64,000 nucleotides of DNA from Lytechinus pictus (lineage: Eukaryota). The stretch is taken from assembly GCF_037042905.1 (NCBI RefSeq), contig NC_087256.1, positions 4,836,001-4,900,000 of the forward strand. Direction: 5' to 3'. Position numbers and translations under genes: made by a program. Below are positions 12,911 through 26,977 of this stretch, piece by piece. Numbering within the stretch: the stretch's first letter is position 1; each line of letters begins with the position of its first letter. The notes under the pieces are model-generated. The model was not told the DNA's origin. It saw only the letters and a program-made list of their open reading frames with translations, and searched no databases.

Positions 12911-14987
12911 TTGTTCACTGCACTGTATATATTAATTATTGTTACTCGTTTGATGTTTAGTTGTTTATTCGATTCGACGATGAGTCGAGTGTGTACCAAT
13001 GTAAAAAAAAAGAGTCCTCAGTGAAAGAAAGGAAATCCTTTATGTGGATCCAGACGCATATATTTCTTTTACTTATGGTTGTTTATAGTTTAAAAAATAG
13101 ATCTTTTGTTTGTGTTTACGTAAATCTTCTTTTTTTCAAGTGGTTACTAGTATATGCTAATATGAATGCTCTTTCAATTTCAGAATAAATTAAATAAAAC
13201 AAAACATCATCCGTTTTTTTAATACGATTGCCCATTTCGCCATACTTGTTTATTCATTTGTATTCGTTAGAGATTGAAAATAACTTTCCCCACAAAACAT
13301 TAAAATGATAGTACTCCACACATGGAGATGATTCAATGCTTGTTAATATACCAAAATGAGTGAGAAATGGAGAATGAAAATGAAATATGGGATTGATGAA
13401 ATTTTTATGAGAGAAATGACTGCTTGAAACAAGAAAGTAGGGGAATGGTGGCCAAAAATACGAAGAGCATAATGGATTATAGATAGATAGGAAAGGGCGG
13501 GGCCAGTTTGTCAAAAGATGAAATATAGGAATGGGAGGGTGTGTTTTTGAGTGTTTGTGGGTGTGCGTTGAGGGTGGTGTAGAAGATGACCCTGTATGAC
13601 TTAAAACAGAAATTGATGATCATTAACATGATTATCACATTCGTCAAATAAATAACGGTGTCACTTAACGACCTTGTTCTGCGTTATTAGGCATATTCAT
13701 GTATATAAATATGTATATAATATATATATATGTGTGTGTATATATTTGTGTGTGTGTGTATGTATTATATAATCATCGTCACCATCACAACCGCCATAGT
13801 CATCGTCACCATCACATCCGCCTAAATCACTAAAATAAACATACATCATCATCATTACCATAATCATGATTTCCTAATCGTTACTATAACAATCATTAGC
13901 ATGAACATTATCGCTAACTGTCAATCCTCTCATCAATGCTTCAGCACTAACAATACAACGTAATTACAATAACAACAACCTGGTCAGCTCCCATTATTTA
14001 CCATTAAACTTCCATTTACATGAATCAACAAAACAGTCGCTTCCATATTTTGTGTTCTTTAATTGCACAAATATTAAAGACAATGTATCAAATGTTGTTT
14101 AGTGAAGATGGGTAAGTATGGAAACTGGAATTCACGTAATTAAACATTATCAAAAGTTCAGTAGGAAATAGTAAGTCTCAATTTAATGTGGACTGCTTAA
14201 CCTTATTACTGTTTCGGACAATTATGTCGTGAAAACATAAAAGAATGAACAATTATTCCCCTTCAAACAATATTTTTGGTATTTAAAATGGAAGCAAATT
14301 GACTGAAAAAAGTATTGCCATTATTTACGAGTACTCATGACATATAGAAAGGCAAGAAAATGTTTTAATGTGTCGAATAAGTGAGTAAGTTTAGATAATG
14401 TCATGATATGAACAATAAATTCGCCGAGTAGTGTGTAATGATTCTTGTATTTTATGTACAATTTTCAAACCATATTACACTTTGTAAAAGGGCATATTGG
14501 CTACAAAATGCTTCTATTGTTTTGAATCATTACTCTTCGACTGTGCACATTCAAATTGATATTGTTGAATTACCTGATATCATTTCATATGGTACATGTC
14601 AGGTTGGAGAATGGCAAGCATACGTCATAGTCTAAAGAAAACATATTACCATTCCGAGATTTATCCTTTGTATGGAAAAGCGAACGAGTATGTTCGAATC
14701 CCCCAAATTAAGAGGTTGTGTGTGCTATATACATTAACTTTATATTGCCAGTGCCACCCCCCCCCCCCGTTACCTGCGTCATCTGTCTATTATTTATTGA
14801 ATCATTTATTTCTCGGGCACATTATTACAATATTCACCATACCATACAAGTCTTTTTATAAATTGATTTTATGAAACTTGTGAATATATATATACCCCCC
14901 CCCCCCAATAATATAAAAAGGATTGAGATTTTTTTGATCCATTCATTATTCGGCTGATAAAATAGGAATGGATTGATCACAAGCTGT

Positions 14988-15959
14988 TCAATTAAGTTTC
15001 ATCTTGTCTAGCCAAGCTAACACCTCAGCTCGTTTGCTTCCCTCCAGATAGTCCTCCTCATTATTCTTTGCTCCTGCCTTCCATTTCAGAATGGACTTCT
15101 TGAAGGCATCCTTTGCTTTCAGCACGGTGTTGTTTCGCCATAGATTCACGGTGTCCTCCTGCAGATCTAGTGATGTCTTGCCTCCCGTCAAAGACCTCCG
15201 TCGCATACGAAGCGTAGGCATTCCGTCAGTTGGTAAGGTCACGTTACCGCTATGCAGGTCAGATGACCGAAACGTGGGTTGCTCTTCAATCTTAGGATTC
15301 CTATCGATCATGAACAGTTCTCGAGGAAAGTGGGTAGTGATCTCTGGGATGAATCTCTTCGGAGGTGGAGGAGGTTTCAGTTTGGGTGGTTGGCTTAGAT
15401 ATCGCGGGGACGTTCCACCACGGCGCTCCCTCCAAAGGTCGTGTTCGTGTCTAAACTTCTTGGTGAATAACCCGTAGAGTTCTGGCTGGAATTCGGAATT
15501 GATGGAGAGTTTGGTCTGGCTAGCTGGCAAGTCGAAAGTGATTCCTCTGGAAATAGACTGGCGGGCTATGGCTCGTCGTATTTCAAAGGTTTGTTTATCA
15601 AGGGCTTTACTTGGTATCCAAGAGAAGGCAGATTGTGTTCTGGTCTTAGCGGACCTGCTGTAGTTCGGCACGGAGGCAGCATTCTCTAGCCTAACCCTCT
15701 CGACAGGGTCATCTTCTGGATCATCTGACGAGTAATCCGACTCAGCCGCTCCACCATCTCCATCGTCGTCGTCGTCGTCATTGTCGCATTTATCATCATT
15801 AAGCCATTCCAAACCATTATATGGCATGCTTGACTTACGGCTGATGCTCTCACGAACTCTATCCCAGTCAGCAAGGTCCAAAGACGGGAAGGAATCCCTT
15901 GATTTGAAGTCTGTTGGCCTCCTATGGACCTGCTTGAAGACATCATAAACAGTACACAT
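14988..15959 (-). CDS. Uncharacterised disordered protein 'A' (323 aa from Met49 of the ORF track); RVxF, SILK and C-terminal VxxWLD motif
   Basis: Long GC-richer ORF in AT-rich DNA. Splice acceptor CCCCTCAG|G at 16033 on the minus strand, so the first part of the track ORF is intronic; first in-frame ATG at 15959. Candidate upstream donor GTAAGT at 17581. Confidence 0.82.
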   Translation of the reverse strand: MCTVYDVFKQVHRRPTDFKSRDSFPSLDLADWDRVRESISRKSSMPYNGLEWLNDDKCDNDDDDDDGDGGAAESDYSSDDPEDDPVERVRLENAASVPNYSRSAKTRTQSAFSWIPSKALDKQTFEIRRAIARQSISRGITFDLPASQTKLSINSEFQPELYGLFTKKFRHEHDLWRERRGGTSPRYLSQPPKLKPPPPPKRFIPEITTHFPRELFMIDRNPKIEEQPTFRSSDLHSGNVTLPTDGMPTLRMRRRSLTGGKTSLDLQEDTVNLWRNNTVLKAKDAFKKSILKWKAGAKNNEEDYLEGSKRAEVLAWLDKMKLN

Positions 15960-16141
15960 CGCTGAGGAAGTAAAATAGACCCAGTATTTCAAACAACCGC
16001 ACCCATGTGTTGCATCTACCAGGTTGACATGCCTGAGGGGAGAGATGGAAACGGTAGTCGGAATCAACAAAGATATAATAAAAAACTGACTTTTTAAAAA
16101 CAAATTATTTCTTTCAACGTCGTCATATATGACAAAACAAT

Positions 16142-16376
16142 TACACAGTTGAAAAAATATATATACAACGCTGTTTACTATATGAACCTTACAGTAATTG
16201 ATTAAACAGTTTAAACAAGTGTTTAAATCTTAAGATACAAAGTTTAATTTTCAATATCTAATCTTCAGTAAATTAAACATGATTGTTTAAACGATTAAAC
16301 AAATACTGTACGGTTCATTTAGTAAACAGCGTTGTATAAAATCTTAAACAGCGTTTTTAATATAGTTTACAGTGTA
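16142..16376. mobile_element. Palindromic MITE (TA-CAC...GTG-TA ends); related copy at ~48718-48932
   Basis: AACGCTGTTTACTATATGAACC / GGTTCATTTAGTAAACAGCGTT inverted repeat; the same core sequence recurs near 48752. Confidence 0.65.
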
Positions 16377-19300
16377 TAGATAAACAATGGCGGCAGTGAT
16401 AATGGTGTGTCTGAGTGAGACTTTTTAAATTGAAATACGAGGTATAATAGTTTTATGAGCCAGCAATTTCTTTCCTAATTTATCTTCTTTTATATATATT
16501 CCTTTGTCCCTCTCGTTTCAATTTTCTCAAATTTTATATTTGTTATTACTTCATAATGTCAAAATGAGTTATAATTTTGGGGCAGAACGTGATATACGAA
16601 TGTTAATTTCTTAATGGTCGCAAGAGAGCGAACCAAGCCAGAAAATTTATTTTTAAAATGAAAAATATCGAATTTGTGAAATATTTTGACATAATAGCCG
16701 TTATATCATAATATGTACGCCTTTGCTTTGATAACATGAGCAGGGATATGAGGATAAATGGTTCTAAGACAATAATTTGTTATAATGTCAAATGACCCGA
16801 AGGATTAAAAGTGGAACTGTAAACAGTGCCGCTTTAATGCATGGGATATCCTTCAAATTTAGTTTGTTTGCAAAAGTGGTTATATCCACTTTAGACCATT
16901 CAAATAAAATCTTTTTTTTTAAATTCTCCTATATTGCAATATTCTTATGCGAAACTAAATTGTCATGATGACACTGTATCATGTGAATAAAAAATTAGGT
17001 ATGAACCAAATCTGCCTGTCTTTAAAAAATATATTTCCCCAAAAAATTACTTATGTGGATCTAGCCCCTTTTGCAAACTAACTGAAATGGATCTATCCAA
17101 AAAAAAAAATTCTTTGCCATTTTTGTTCACTTTTTAATGGGAATATCAACTTTTCTTAGGTATAATCTTATTGAGTTACTACAAATCTATAAATTGAGAC
17201 CAACCCAAAAAAATCAAATTTGAAAATGAGCTCTTCAAATACAGATAATAATTAGTTGAGTTTGTATTATATATATATGTTTTCTTAATAGAACACACAC
17301 AAAATCGTCTAGCATGATAAAACAAACAAGAGATTGTATAATCAATTTTTTTCTCAATTTCAGTAATGATGGAAACGAATGGCACCAATCAAAATACTTT
17401 GGCACATCATGAGCATAGAAAATTCGTAATTTTAAGGAGAAAACCACTGATACATATTTAATTAATTCCTCTGATAAATATAAAGTAATTGATTTTGACA
17501 GAGAATATACAGGAAAATATCGGATTGTTAGTATTATCACTATTAAGAAAAAGAAAATTAAAGAAGCCGAAGAAAACTTACTGCTTGTATCACACTGCAA
17601 ATCACTTGTCTTCTAATCTCTTTTATTGTTCGCGCTTGAGACATAAACATGAAAAAACTGCAAAATCTTGACGAAAGCTCAAAAGAACGATAACTTGTCT
17701 ACAATACGAGGGGAATGACGTTGCTTTCTCCTATACTTTCTCATGTTATCTTTTGATCGATTTACTTTTAAGCAGTATCTTGGGACACTTTCTGTGTTTT
17801 TCTAAAGGTAACACCAAACAAAAGATTTATTGATTGAGGTGGGGAAAATGGGAGAGGGCGTTTGTCAAGTTAAGTTTCTTATCCCCATGAGATACCGTAT
17901 GCATGTTCAGTATATATCAATCATAATAATTGTCAAATCGTATTGCATGAACTAGGTCATGCATATGGATAATTGTAAGCACTAATTGCAAATACGCTTC
18001 CCTACCAAGGATAACGTGTACCCAGACAGAAAACATTGCTTTCCTTACTTGAATGTTTTCATGTTTGGTATCATAAGGCGGTTTCAAAAGAGTTGTGGTT
18101 TCACAAAACCTATCAACGCTTTGTCGATCACAACGGTATGGTCGTCTACTTGTTGTTTACATATTTTTGTTTATCAACAAAAATATAGATTGACTTGAGA
18201 AATTTCAATAATCCTTTCTATCTTTATGCGATTAGGTGAATTAATCCTCATTTTCTTTATAAAATGAGATTGTGCGAATGAAATCCTACTAAAGGTTTTG
18301 TCTAATCCTAAAGGTCGATTTCTTAATGATAAACATGATATAGGTATACTAATCATGTTGACGATAAGGTAAGTCCCTATATTTTGTGGAACCACGCCTC
18401 TTATTTCACTATCGATTTATTGTTATCGATCGTCCTTGGTTCAATCAAAGAAGGAGTGTATATAGGTCGGACCAAGCTGTACAGACACAAATCGATATCT
18501 GTTAACATAACTATCGATCATCTTCCTCGCATTGGTGCCCTGCTCATTATTATATAGCTGCCACTATTATCAGCAGAAATATATCTATCCTTGCTGGGGG
18601 TAATTATTATCTTGTAGACAAATCGTTCTATGGTCTGTGACCTATTTTGACAATAGTCGTGTTTTTAAATAATCTAAAACGAAAAGAATTGACTGACACT
18701 GCTCGAGATAAATTGAGCTGATAAAATGTTTTATCCATAAGGTTGCTAAAAAAGGTGTAAAGGAAGACCCTGGTTATCTGGGCTTATGTCAAATTCGACC
18801 TTACTTAGTCATTATATCTTAAATGTTTCAGTCTCATATTGAGCCTTCCTATTTTGGGAAAAATGAAATATATAAAAAAATGAATAGTTAAGTAATTTCA
18901 TTACTGTAGTTTATATTGAACACATGCGTTCTCGAGTTGATCTACGTATATCAACGAACTCTACTTGAAGTGTTACTGAAAACACCGAACATGCCGAAAT
19001 GATTTCCAATATACATGTAATAAGGAATTGAAATATGAAGATGAATTTCAGGGCAAAATTCACAAATATAATTTTCTCGTTTAGAGGTAAATACCACCAT
19101 GAATGTAGGCCTTCATATAAAGTATTTTTAGCATTTTATTGCTTTTTTATTTGAACATTGGGACATTGCATTACAATTTAAACTTTAATTTTGTTTCTCA
19201 TGTGTTTATCAACGATTTTATATCTGTATTTTCTCTGTTACCATGGATACAGAGTAAGCAGATCTAATAAGGTGAAAACTGGCAGATAAGTGATGGAGGT

Positions 19301-20129
19301 TTAAGGATTGATATATATCCCATACCCTTAGTTAAATGTTCAATCAGCTATTTTTGCTTTGACACTTCACAGCGGACCCAGGAGGGGGGGGGGGGGTCCG
19401 TGCACCCACCCCTGGAGGAAAAACATGGGAGAATTTAGGAAAATAGACAATGGAAAGCGATGTAAAATCAAGAGGAGAGGTGTGATTGGAGTGCTGATTC
19501 CGCTTTTCTGGCTTGTTACGGAATTTTGGAAGAAAAGTGGGCCCGCCCTTTGTCAATCTTGGATATGCCACTGAGTATTTATGAATGTGATTGTGGTCAT
19601 GAAATTTTTAATATTTTCAATGGTTTTAAAGTCCAATGTCTGAAAAAGAATACCAATGTAATTGTATATAGACATAGACAGGCACGGAGTGGGAAGATAG
19701 AACAAAAAGAGAAATAGAGAGAGAGAGATGGGGAGAGGGTGAGATAGAGAGGAGAGTGGGAGGGAGAGAGAGGCGGGTAGAAAAAAAAATCGTTGTTTAT
19801 TCGAGTTTAAAGTATAATATATATGACTAATGACTCAACGTTTAAGAGCTCACATTCGTGAAGATCATACTCTATTTAATCATTTATTTTAATTTTAGTG
19901 GACAATAAAAGCCGATTATATACAGTTCAAAAGTTCATGAGTCAGAATTTTGGCCAAGATTTCCTTTGATATTGATCACAACATAATTTATGACAACATA
20001 AGATGTGGGTTGACTTTACCATTTTTACGATATGCATAAAAAACACTTTAAATCATTAAAATTCTGACTGTCATACATGTAATTACACTGAATGAATTGA
20101 TGTAAATGTAATGATTCCATGAAAATTCT

Positions 20130-20290
20130 CGATTTCACTCTATAATGTATTCTGTTTTTACTTAATTGCTATGATGTCGAGTTAATTGTTAACTGCAGGG
20201 CGCCTATGGAAAGCAGTTTTGCATAACTGAACAGGCCTACCCTGCAGTATAAAAAAAGATAACCAATAAATAAATAAATAAATGAAAATA
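20130..20290 (+). mobile_element. LINE 3' end with (TAAA)n tail
   Basis: Stem-loop-like CAGGGCGCC...GGCCTACCCTG followed by AATAAATAAATAAAT, typical of CR1/L2 3' ends. Confidence 0.45.
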
Positions 20291-22259
20291 TAATGAAATA
20301 GATTATTTCAATACCTTAACTATATGATAAAATGTAACCACGAATGGATTTCATGAACATACTATACATCGGGGGTCTCCCGGCTCGCCCTGCGTGCCAC
20401 CTTGAAACCCCAAATGTCACCCGCCTCAATATCTACCACTATATTACATATATCCTTTTCATAAGCAAGCCTTTTATCGCCATCCCCCCCCCCCCACACA
20501 CACACACACACGTCCAACACAAATATCCATGAGTACAGAAACAGCCATTTAACTGTAAAAAAAAACAATGAAACTGACCAGGGAATCAAATGAAAACACG
20601 ACAATGTAAACACACAAGGAAAAAATAAATAAAGATAACCTGGATCAATATAATCATTGTTCTTAACAATAAAGAGTACATTGTGACAGATTTACCCCCC
20701 CTCCCTCCCCCCTCACATGCAGATACCGAGACGCTTCATATACGCCCTCTTGCGAGAAAAACAACAACGTCAATACACAAGTAACAACAAATTAAAAAGA
20801 TGTCGTAAAGTTTATTCTCATAAATAATAAATGTTCTATTAACATGATTAATGAGATGGATACATTTACAAAATGAATATCGTCAAACAAATCTGTTTCA
20901 AGTCACCACATGCAAGCAATAAATATAAAGATATTCCACTCAAACAAGAGGTACAATCGGACGAATACACCAATATGAGGAGGGATTTGGCATTTTCTGA
21001 AATTGGAATTGTTTAGGGGACAGTGATTCTTTATTTTTGTCATTTTCACAGAGACACATATATGTAATTTAAGTGGTTGGTTCTGAATTTGAAAATCAAC
21101 CTAGTTTTATGTGGTGAAAATTACTACCAACTTTTACAGACCCCAAATCCCCAATGTGTGAGCATATCACTGGCGTACAGGTGGGGCTTTGGGCCAGGGA
21201 ACCACCCCCTAAAAAATCAGGACCAAGAAAAAGAACGAAAATTAAAGAAAAGGGTTCAATATGCTCTCGCTTTCTAAATATCATGTCAAAAACTTTTGTG
21301 CCCCAAAACTCAACATTTTGCTCGCTCGCATATTTTTAGAACCATATCTTTTCCCTAAAAATATTTGATTCATTACGCCACTGAGGAATATATAAACTAT
21401 GGTCTACAGAAATGTTGAAATGACATTTGAAATATAATGCAGAGGCCTACAAATGGGTCATTTTTTTCATTACCATAAATCTTAATGATGTTACAATCCT
21501 CAAAATAGTAGGTATCAGATACGCGAACAAGGATAGTTATTCATTATTGATCAGGAATAATGCATTATCTAGAAAGGATTATCTACCATGTTTCACAAAC
21601 AATAGGAGTGACATGAAAAAGCAATTGAAGGCAGTCAATCTATGTTAGTATTAATTTTCTTGGAGCGGTCCACGTCGTGCTCCTTTAATAGAATATCGAT
21701 TTAAATAATTTGTTAAATTTGATGTGAAGAAGAAAAAAACCCATTTGTTTAAACATTCAAGAAACTGAGTAGATTAGTCGACCCCATTAAGTTAACAATC
21801 TTTTATGAATAATTGTTTAAACATGTGACGACATTAAAGCAAATACAAAGAATTAAAAAAGTAAGGAAAGAAAAATTAGATTATACAAAAAAAATCACCA
21901 AAAAAGAACCTAAACTCTCTTTGCGTGCTTTACGACTGATTGGTGTTTTTTTTCGTTAGTGTCCGGTAAGTAATAATGATTATGAATTTAAAAAATGGAA
22001 ATTCATACAAAAAGGTGTTGTGGAAACAAAGAAAATTTGACCTTGCGAAAATAATTAGAATAAAATAGTAATTATTCAACCAAATGTGAAGATGAAAATG
22101 AATAAAACAAGTTGAAAATTTATCTCCTCATTTTCTGGTAGATGATACGTGAATTCATAAATGTATTTATACGACTGACAGTGGCCGTTTCGCTATTTCA
22201 GATTAGTAATAATTTTTACATAAAGTTCCGACGAATTCCGAGAGAATATTTGTAATATT

Positions 22260-23240
22260 TCAGAGTGGTATGATGGTGATTTTATTACCTTCATCATCAC
22301 TTTGGTCATCAAGTGTCATTTTGACCACTGAGTTGTTAACTCCATCCAACCATTTTGAAATTCTCTCATTCAGTTCGGAGTCACTTTCATCTTGATCTTC
22401 GTACACGTAGTCACCAACGACGTCGCTCTCGGGGTCGATTTTCTCCTTGGCGATGTTGTTATTATTCATGACGTTCGTAATGGAGATCGTAGGATGGTCG
22501 TAGGTAGCTCGTAATTTGTTCTGTTTGGGAGGCGGTACCTCGGGGAGGAAACTATTGTTCGAGTTGTCACCGAGGTCATCCATTGAATTTGAACTGATGC
22601 TGAAACTAGCTCTGTACTTACGACCATGGTGTGTAATTGTCTGAGGATTCCCTGTTGCATCACCAGCGATTGGTCGTAATTGGCCTCTCCCCCTTTCAGC
22701 GTCATCTCCTAATGGACTTTGGTCATTGCTCGCTCGGCTATCAACCCGGCGACAAAAATCATTGACCTTCGCAGCAACCCGGTTGAATTCCCGTTCCGAA
22801 TGCTGCATCATTCTCCGTTTCACCATCGAGGAACTGGAATACCGCCTTGCTCTGACGTTCGGTAATCTCCCGTTGGCGATCAGGGCTTCGCCGCGTTGTT
22901 GAGTCAGGACATTGGCCAGGGTAAGACCCGTTGGTACGGAGAACGACCTCGTCAGAGGAGGTGGCTGACCACCGAACCGTTTCATCGGCAAGCCTGATTT
23001 GTCGACAGGCGGCGACGGAGTTGGCCGCAATGGGGCTGACAAAACCCGCATTTTGCTATAAGTTTGAAATGATGATGATGTCGACGACGATGACCGCCGG
23101 GTGCGCTGTTGAAGGAGAAGACGGTCTGGGATTTTCTTCTCTTCCTTCTCTTGTTTCCCACGTTCGTCATCGTTTGGGAGACAGAATGACACTGATTTCC
23201 GTAATGTTCTCTGCCCAGGTTGTATCTTGTCATCATTCAT
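22260..23240 (-). CDS. Uncharacterised disordered protein 'B' (326 aa); RVxF (RKSVSF), PxIxIT (PTISIT) and C-terminal IxxWLD motif
   Basis: 326-codon ATG ORF in a single coding exon. Acceptor TTTCACTCACAG at 23477 and donor CAG|GTAGG at 23772 define a likely 5'-UTR intron. Confidence 0.85.
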   Translation of the reverse strand: MNDDKIQPGQRTLRKSVSFCLPNDDERGKQEKEEKKIPDRLLLQQRTRRSSSSTSSSFQTYSKMRVLSAPLRPTPSPPVDKSGLPMKRFGGQPPPLTRSFSVPTGLTLANVLTQQRGEALIANGRLPNVRARRYSSSSMVKRRMMQHSEREFNRVAAKVNDFCRRVDSRASNDQSPLGDDAERGRGQLRPIAGDATGNPQTITHHGRKYRASFSISSNSMDDLGDNSNNSFLPEVPPPKQNKLRATYDHPTISITNVMNNNNIAKEKIDPESDVVGDYVYEDQDESDSELNERISKWLDGVNNSVVKMTLDDQSDDEGNKITIIPL

Positions 23241-26200
23241 TCTAAAGAGAGTTACAGCAGCTTTGTAAATTGTTTTGCTATCTCGTCAGCATGGTTGTGT
23301 TCCAACAGGAACACCATAAAGTGGCATCAGTTATTAGCATCGTTTTTTCAATAGACAAGAGCAGAAAGACACAAACGAGTGATGGAGATTGATCCAATAT
23401 TTAAGACTATATCATTAACACTGGTAGATCAGCCAAGTCCCCATGACAACTTAGGCTGTATTCATGACGTTGGTTTCTGTGAGTGAAAGATACAACAATA
23501 ACAAAATGCTAGTATTATCATGTTTGTAAATAATGTGAGGATGATGAACATTGGAACATAAAGTGTCATGCATTGTTTTTAAAGTGGAGCTAGGTGAAAT
23601 AACTGATACACCAACTATACACCAATATGACATCATACATTGAACACTTGAATTCATTCAAGGAGAGCAAACATTAATGTGCTTAATAAAAACAAAACAT
23701 CGAAGACATCAATGATGGTAGGCTACTTGGCTTAGTCAATGGTTCATTATTCATTAGCTGAAAGTGTCCTACCTGCTTACAAAGTAGAAAAAAAAACTGA
23801 TGAGCAGATCCAACACAATTTCAACCTCCTTGTAAGTTCACCATTTTAACACGATGAACTCAGTTGCGATAAGTACTCAAACAAGCAATTTACATAATCA
23901 GGCAGAAACAAATACATTTCATCAGGTAGACTGTACTTCAATTAAAATATAAAAAGATGATTAAATGTACACGATGATAATTATCATGTTCTAATTTCTT
24001 TTAAAACCACACTGAATAGTGACTTGTTCCCCAAATAACACCTTGCGTCTGCCGAGTCAATACTGTCAATAATATCGTCAAGCCCAGAGCACTTATGTTC
24101 TAATAGCCCTCCTCCCTGCGGCTCCAAGCTAACCTTACAGCACAATAGCAGGAGGAAGGTTCTATTGTCTTCCAATCGACCTATGAATTACTCCTACTTG
24201 TTCAGTGGTCTTCGAAAGCGATTCTTTTGTGGACATTATTACCGTTCCCATTGATCAACATCTAACGGAGCACAGTTAGATGCAAATAGATGACCCTCCT
24301 GTGTCGAAAACCCCTCCTTCAAATACAAAGTGATCCCAAAAGGGGTTCAAAATGAACCCCCTTTGATTCCCATTAACGAGATAAACGGGTTGACTCTCTA
24401 CCCTTCTTCATTATAATGAGCGCACTTAAGTTCAAGTGAAAGGAACGTGTCAAAGACACCCCGTTGCTTGAGTGAGATTAGTACTGACTATTAATCTCCA
24501 AAACGAACCACTTTAGGAGACTAATCACCTGGAAATAGACTGAATTTGACTGCCTGGCTCACTTAATCTTGTTGACATGGTTGACGTACTCTAAAATTTG
24601 ACAGGTAAACGTCAAAATTCATTTTAAACCTCTTAAAAGGTAAATTGTGACATTGGTTTATTTCAAAACTTTCTTTTAGATTTCACTCTTCGCTTTTCAA
24701 AATACTCATAAACAAGTTATGAGTCCATAAAATGTATTGCATTGGCCAAAAGAACTGTTTTTATTCTCAAAAAAATATATAAAGAAGAGAAATTTTGCCA
24801 AGTGAGCTTTCTTTTGATGCAGATTTTGAAATTGATATAAAAAATGAAGAGCGCCACCTTGAGACCAAATGACATCAATACCTGCTCATGAATATTCATA
24901 TCCATCGCCTCTGCGCTTGTCTCACGTGCCGATCTGTATACCGGCTATACAGTACAGTATCGGATTGAACGGCGGAGTCTGTTTGCGACTTTTTCATTCA
25001 TATCCTGTAGGAGCGTGTGCATTCGCGCAGTCCCTCGACGGCAAATTAAATAACTTGGAAACAACCAAGGAACTTTTTTAAATGACCATCATAATAATTG
25101 TGATGTTATGCACGTTGTTTTTCAAATCGCGGAGAATAGGTCCTACGTACATCTTGATATCTGGGCAGAGTACCAGGTACCGAGAGACGGCTTCCTTCCC
25201 TCTCCTTGCTTTTCATCTTTGCTTCGTTTCTCTAGCTGTATTTTTTTTTCTTTACTTGTCCAGGGTATGAAGGGAGGGAGAATTATGGTTGCTTGTGAAA
25301 GGGCTATTCTTATTTTTTTCCCCGTTTTTTATTTCTATTTTATAATTATATTTACATACGCATTTTTGTTTCGATTCCGATTCACTGAATCGTTATCAAT
25401 TTCTTCAGGTTCTGTATTTTGATTTGTTCATTATTATAACGTGTTGTAACATTTTTTTTAAAGGAAAAGGAAATCATTTTGTATTGAACTAGCTTTGCCG
25501 CCATTCTTCATTATTTTGCTTTGTGCGTTATATAGGCCTATAAGATGCTCTTTCTCTTCCAGTGATTATTTGTCAATATACTGCCTCAATGTATTTATCA
25601 CAAAAAATGACAAATACCGCGTGGCCTATGCCTTTTTTTTAAACAATATATTCTGGGGCGGATCCAGCTTTCACTAATAACGGGGCCGGGGTGAACAATA
25701 TTTTCATCCACATTTTTCCCGATCGATCGGCAGCTCAAAGCTAGTTTTTGTTGGAATCTATAGTCGTAACAGTACTAAACCCTATAAAAAATGCGAGCGT
25801 GAGGTATTATTTTCGGACTGTGTATTGTGTCCTGAAAATTGATCTGAGCAATATGATCATTAAACAATTAAGATGCACACTGACGGATAAGATGCTCAAA
25901 AATTTGAATAAGTAAAGGCCTATTTAGTTCCCTTGTTCGTTTTACTATAAGCCCTTCAACAATGTTTCCGTGTTTTGTATTACATTGATCAGTTAATATT
26001 TCTTTATGTCTCATACTATTTCGATATGAATTATACCTTGTCATTGTTGTTACTATGATTTTATATACTAATAACTCTGAACTTGTGAACCTGTTTAACC
26101 ATGACTGAATGAATAAATCAATAAATGAATTGGTATAGATGAATATATGTTCCATCGAACAGGCAATGCGAACACAAAGCGCGGGCTAAATTGTTTTTAT

Positions 26201-26977
26201 ACTTGTGTAGTGACATGATTGGCTCCCACCCCTCCCCAAGTCTGAATTCCCCTCACCTTTTTTTTATTCATTCTTCCTCTTATATTCCCCCCCCCTCTGC
26301 TTTCGTTCATATTACTTTGCGCCGCCAATATCGGGGGGGGGGGGGGCGTAACGTCGGCCTCCTGGATCCGCCTATGATACCGGTGCGTAGGTCTGTATGT
26401 TATAACCATGTAACATCGATCCCCCTCCAAGTTTCTCTTTGCATTTTTCTTTTCAACTTGTTATGGTAGTATACTGAACAAGAACAAGTATGACGTCTCC
26501 TAGGTGCCTCTCCCTCCACCCACTCCTCCTCGGTCCGCTGCATGTGCTCGGATAATAAAATTACGTACTTATCATGGTGATATATATATAATAAAATTGC
26601 AAATTTTATTGCAAAAACTGCATTACTCGTGAATTTGTGTTTCGCATTTCTGATGTCTTATTAAATATATATATATATATTCGAGGACATACAGCTAGGC
26701 GGAACTATTTGGGGGAAGGGGTCTTCCATCTCTGTGTGATTCCGAAGTTCCGATGATGGTTCAGAGAATGTACTTCATGCAAAATCACGTTTTGGCATGA
26801 CCTCTCAGCGCTGGGCATATCGACGGACAAAAAAATGCAAAAATGTGATGGATCGAAATGGTAAAAAATATATATTTTAAAGAAAACCATCGTTATAAAA
26901 TGCAGTCATACCAACATATTTTTGTTAATACCAGTTTGAACTTAGATAAATATTATAACCCGAGGCTATATTAGCAG

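Noticed and set aside
11916-14987. Search for LRR exons completing the NLR
   Set aside because: None seen; the region holds a LINE fragment, simple repeats and convergent poly(A) signals.
15960-16103. Signal-peptide-like N-terminus (MFLKSQFFIISLLIP..) of track ORF 14988-16103
   Set aside because: TTG start; it lies largely upstream of the splice acceptor at 16033 and is translated polypyrimidine tract plus 5' UTR.
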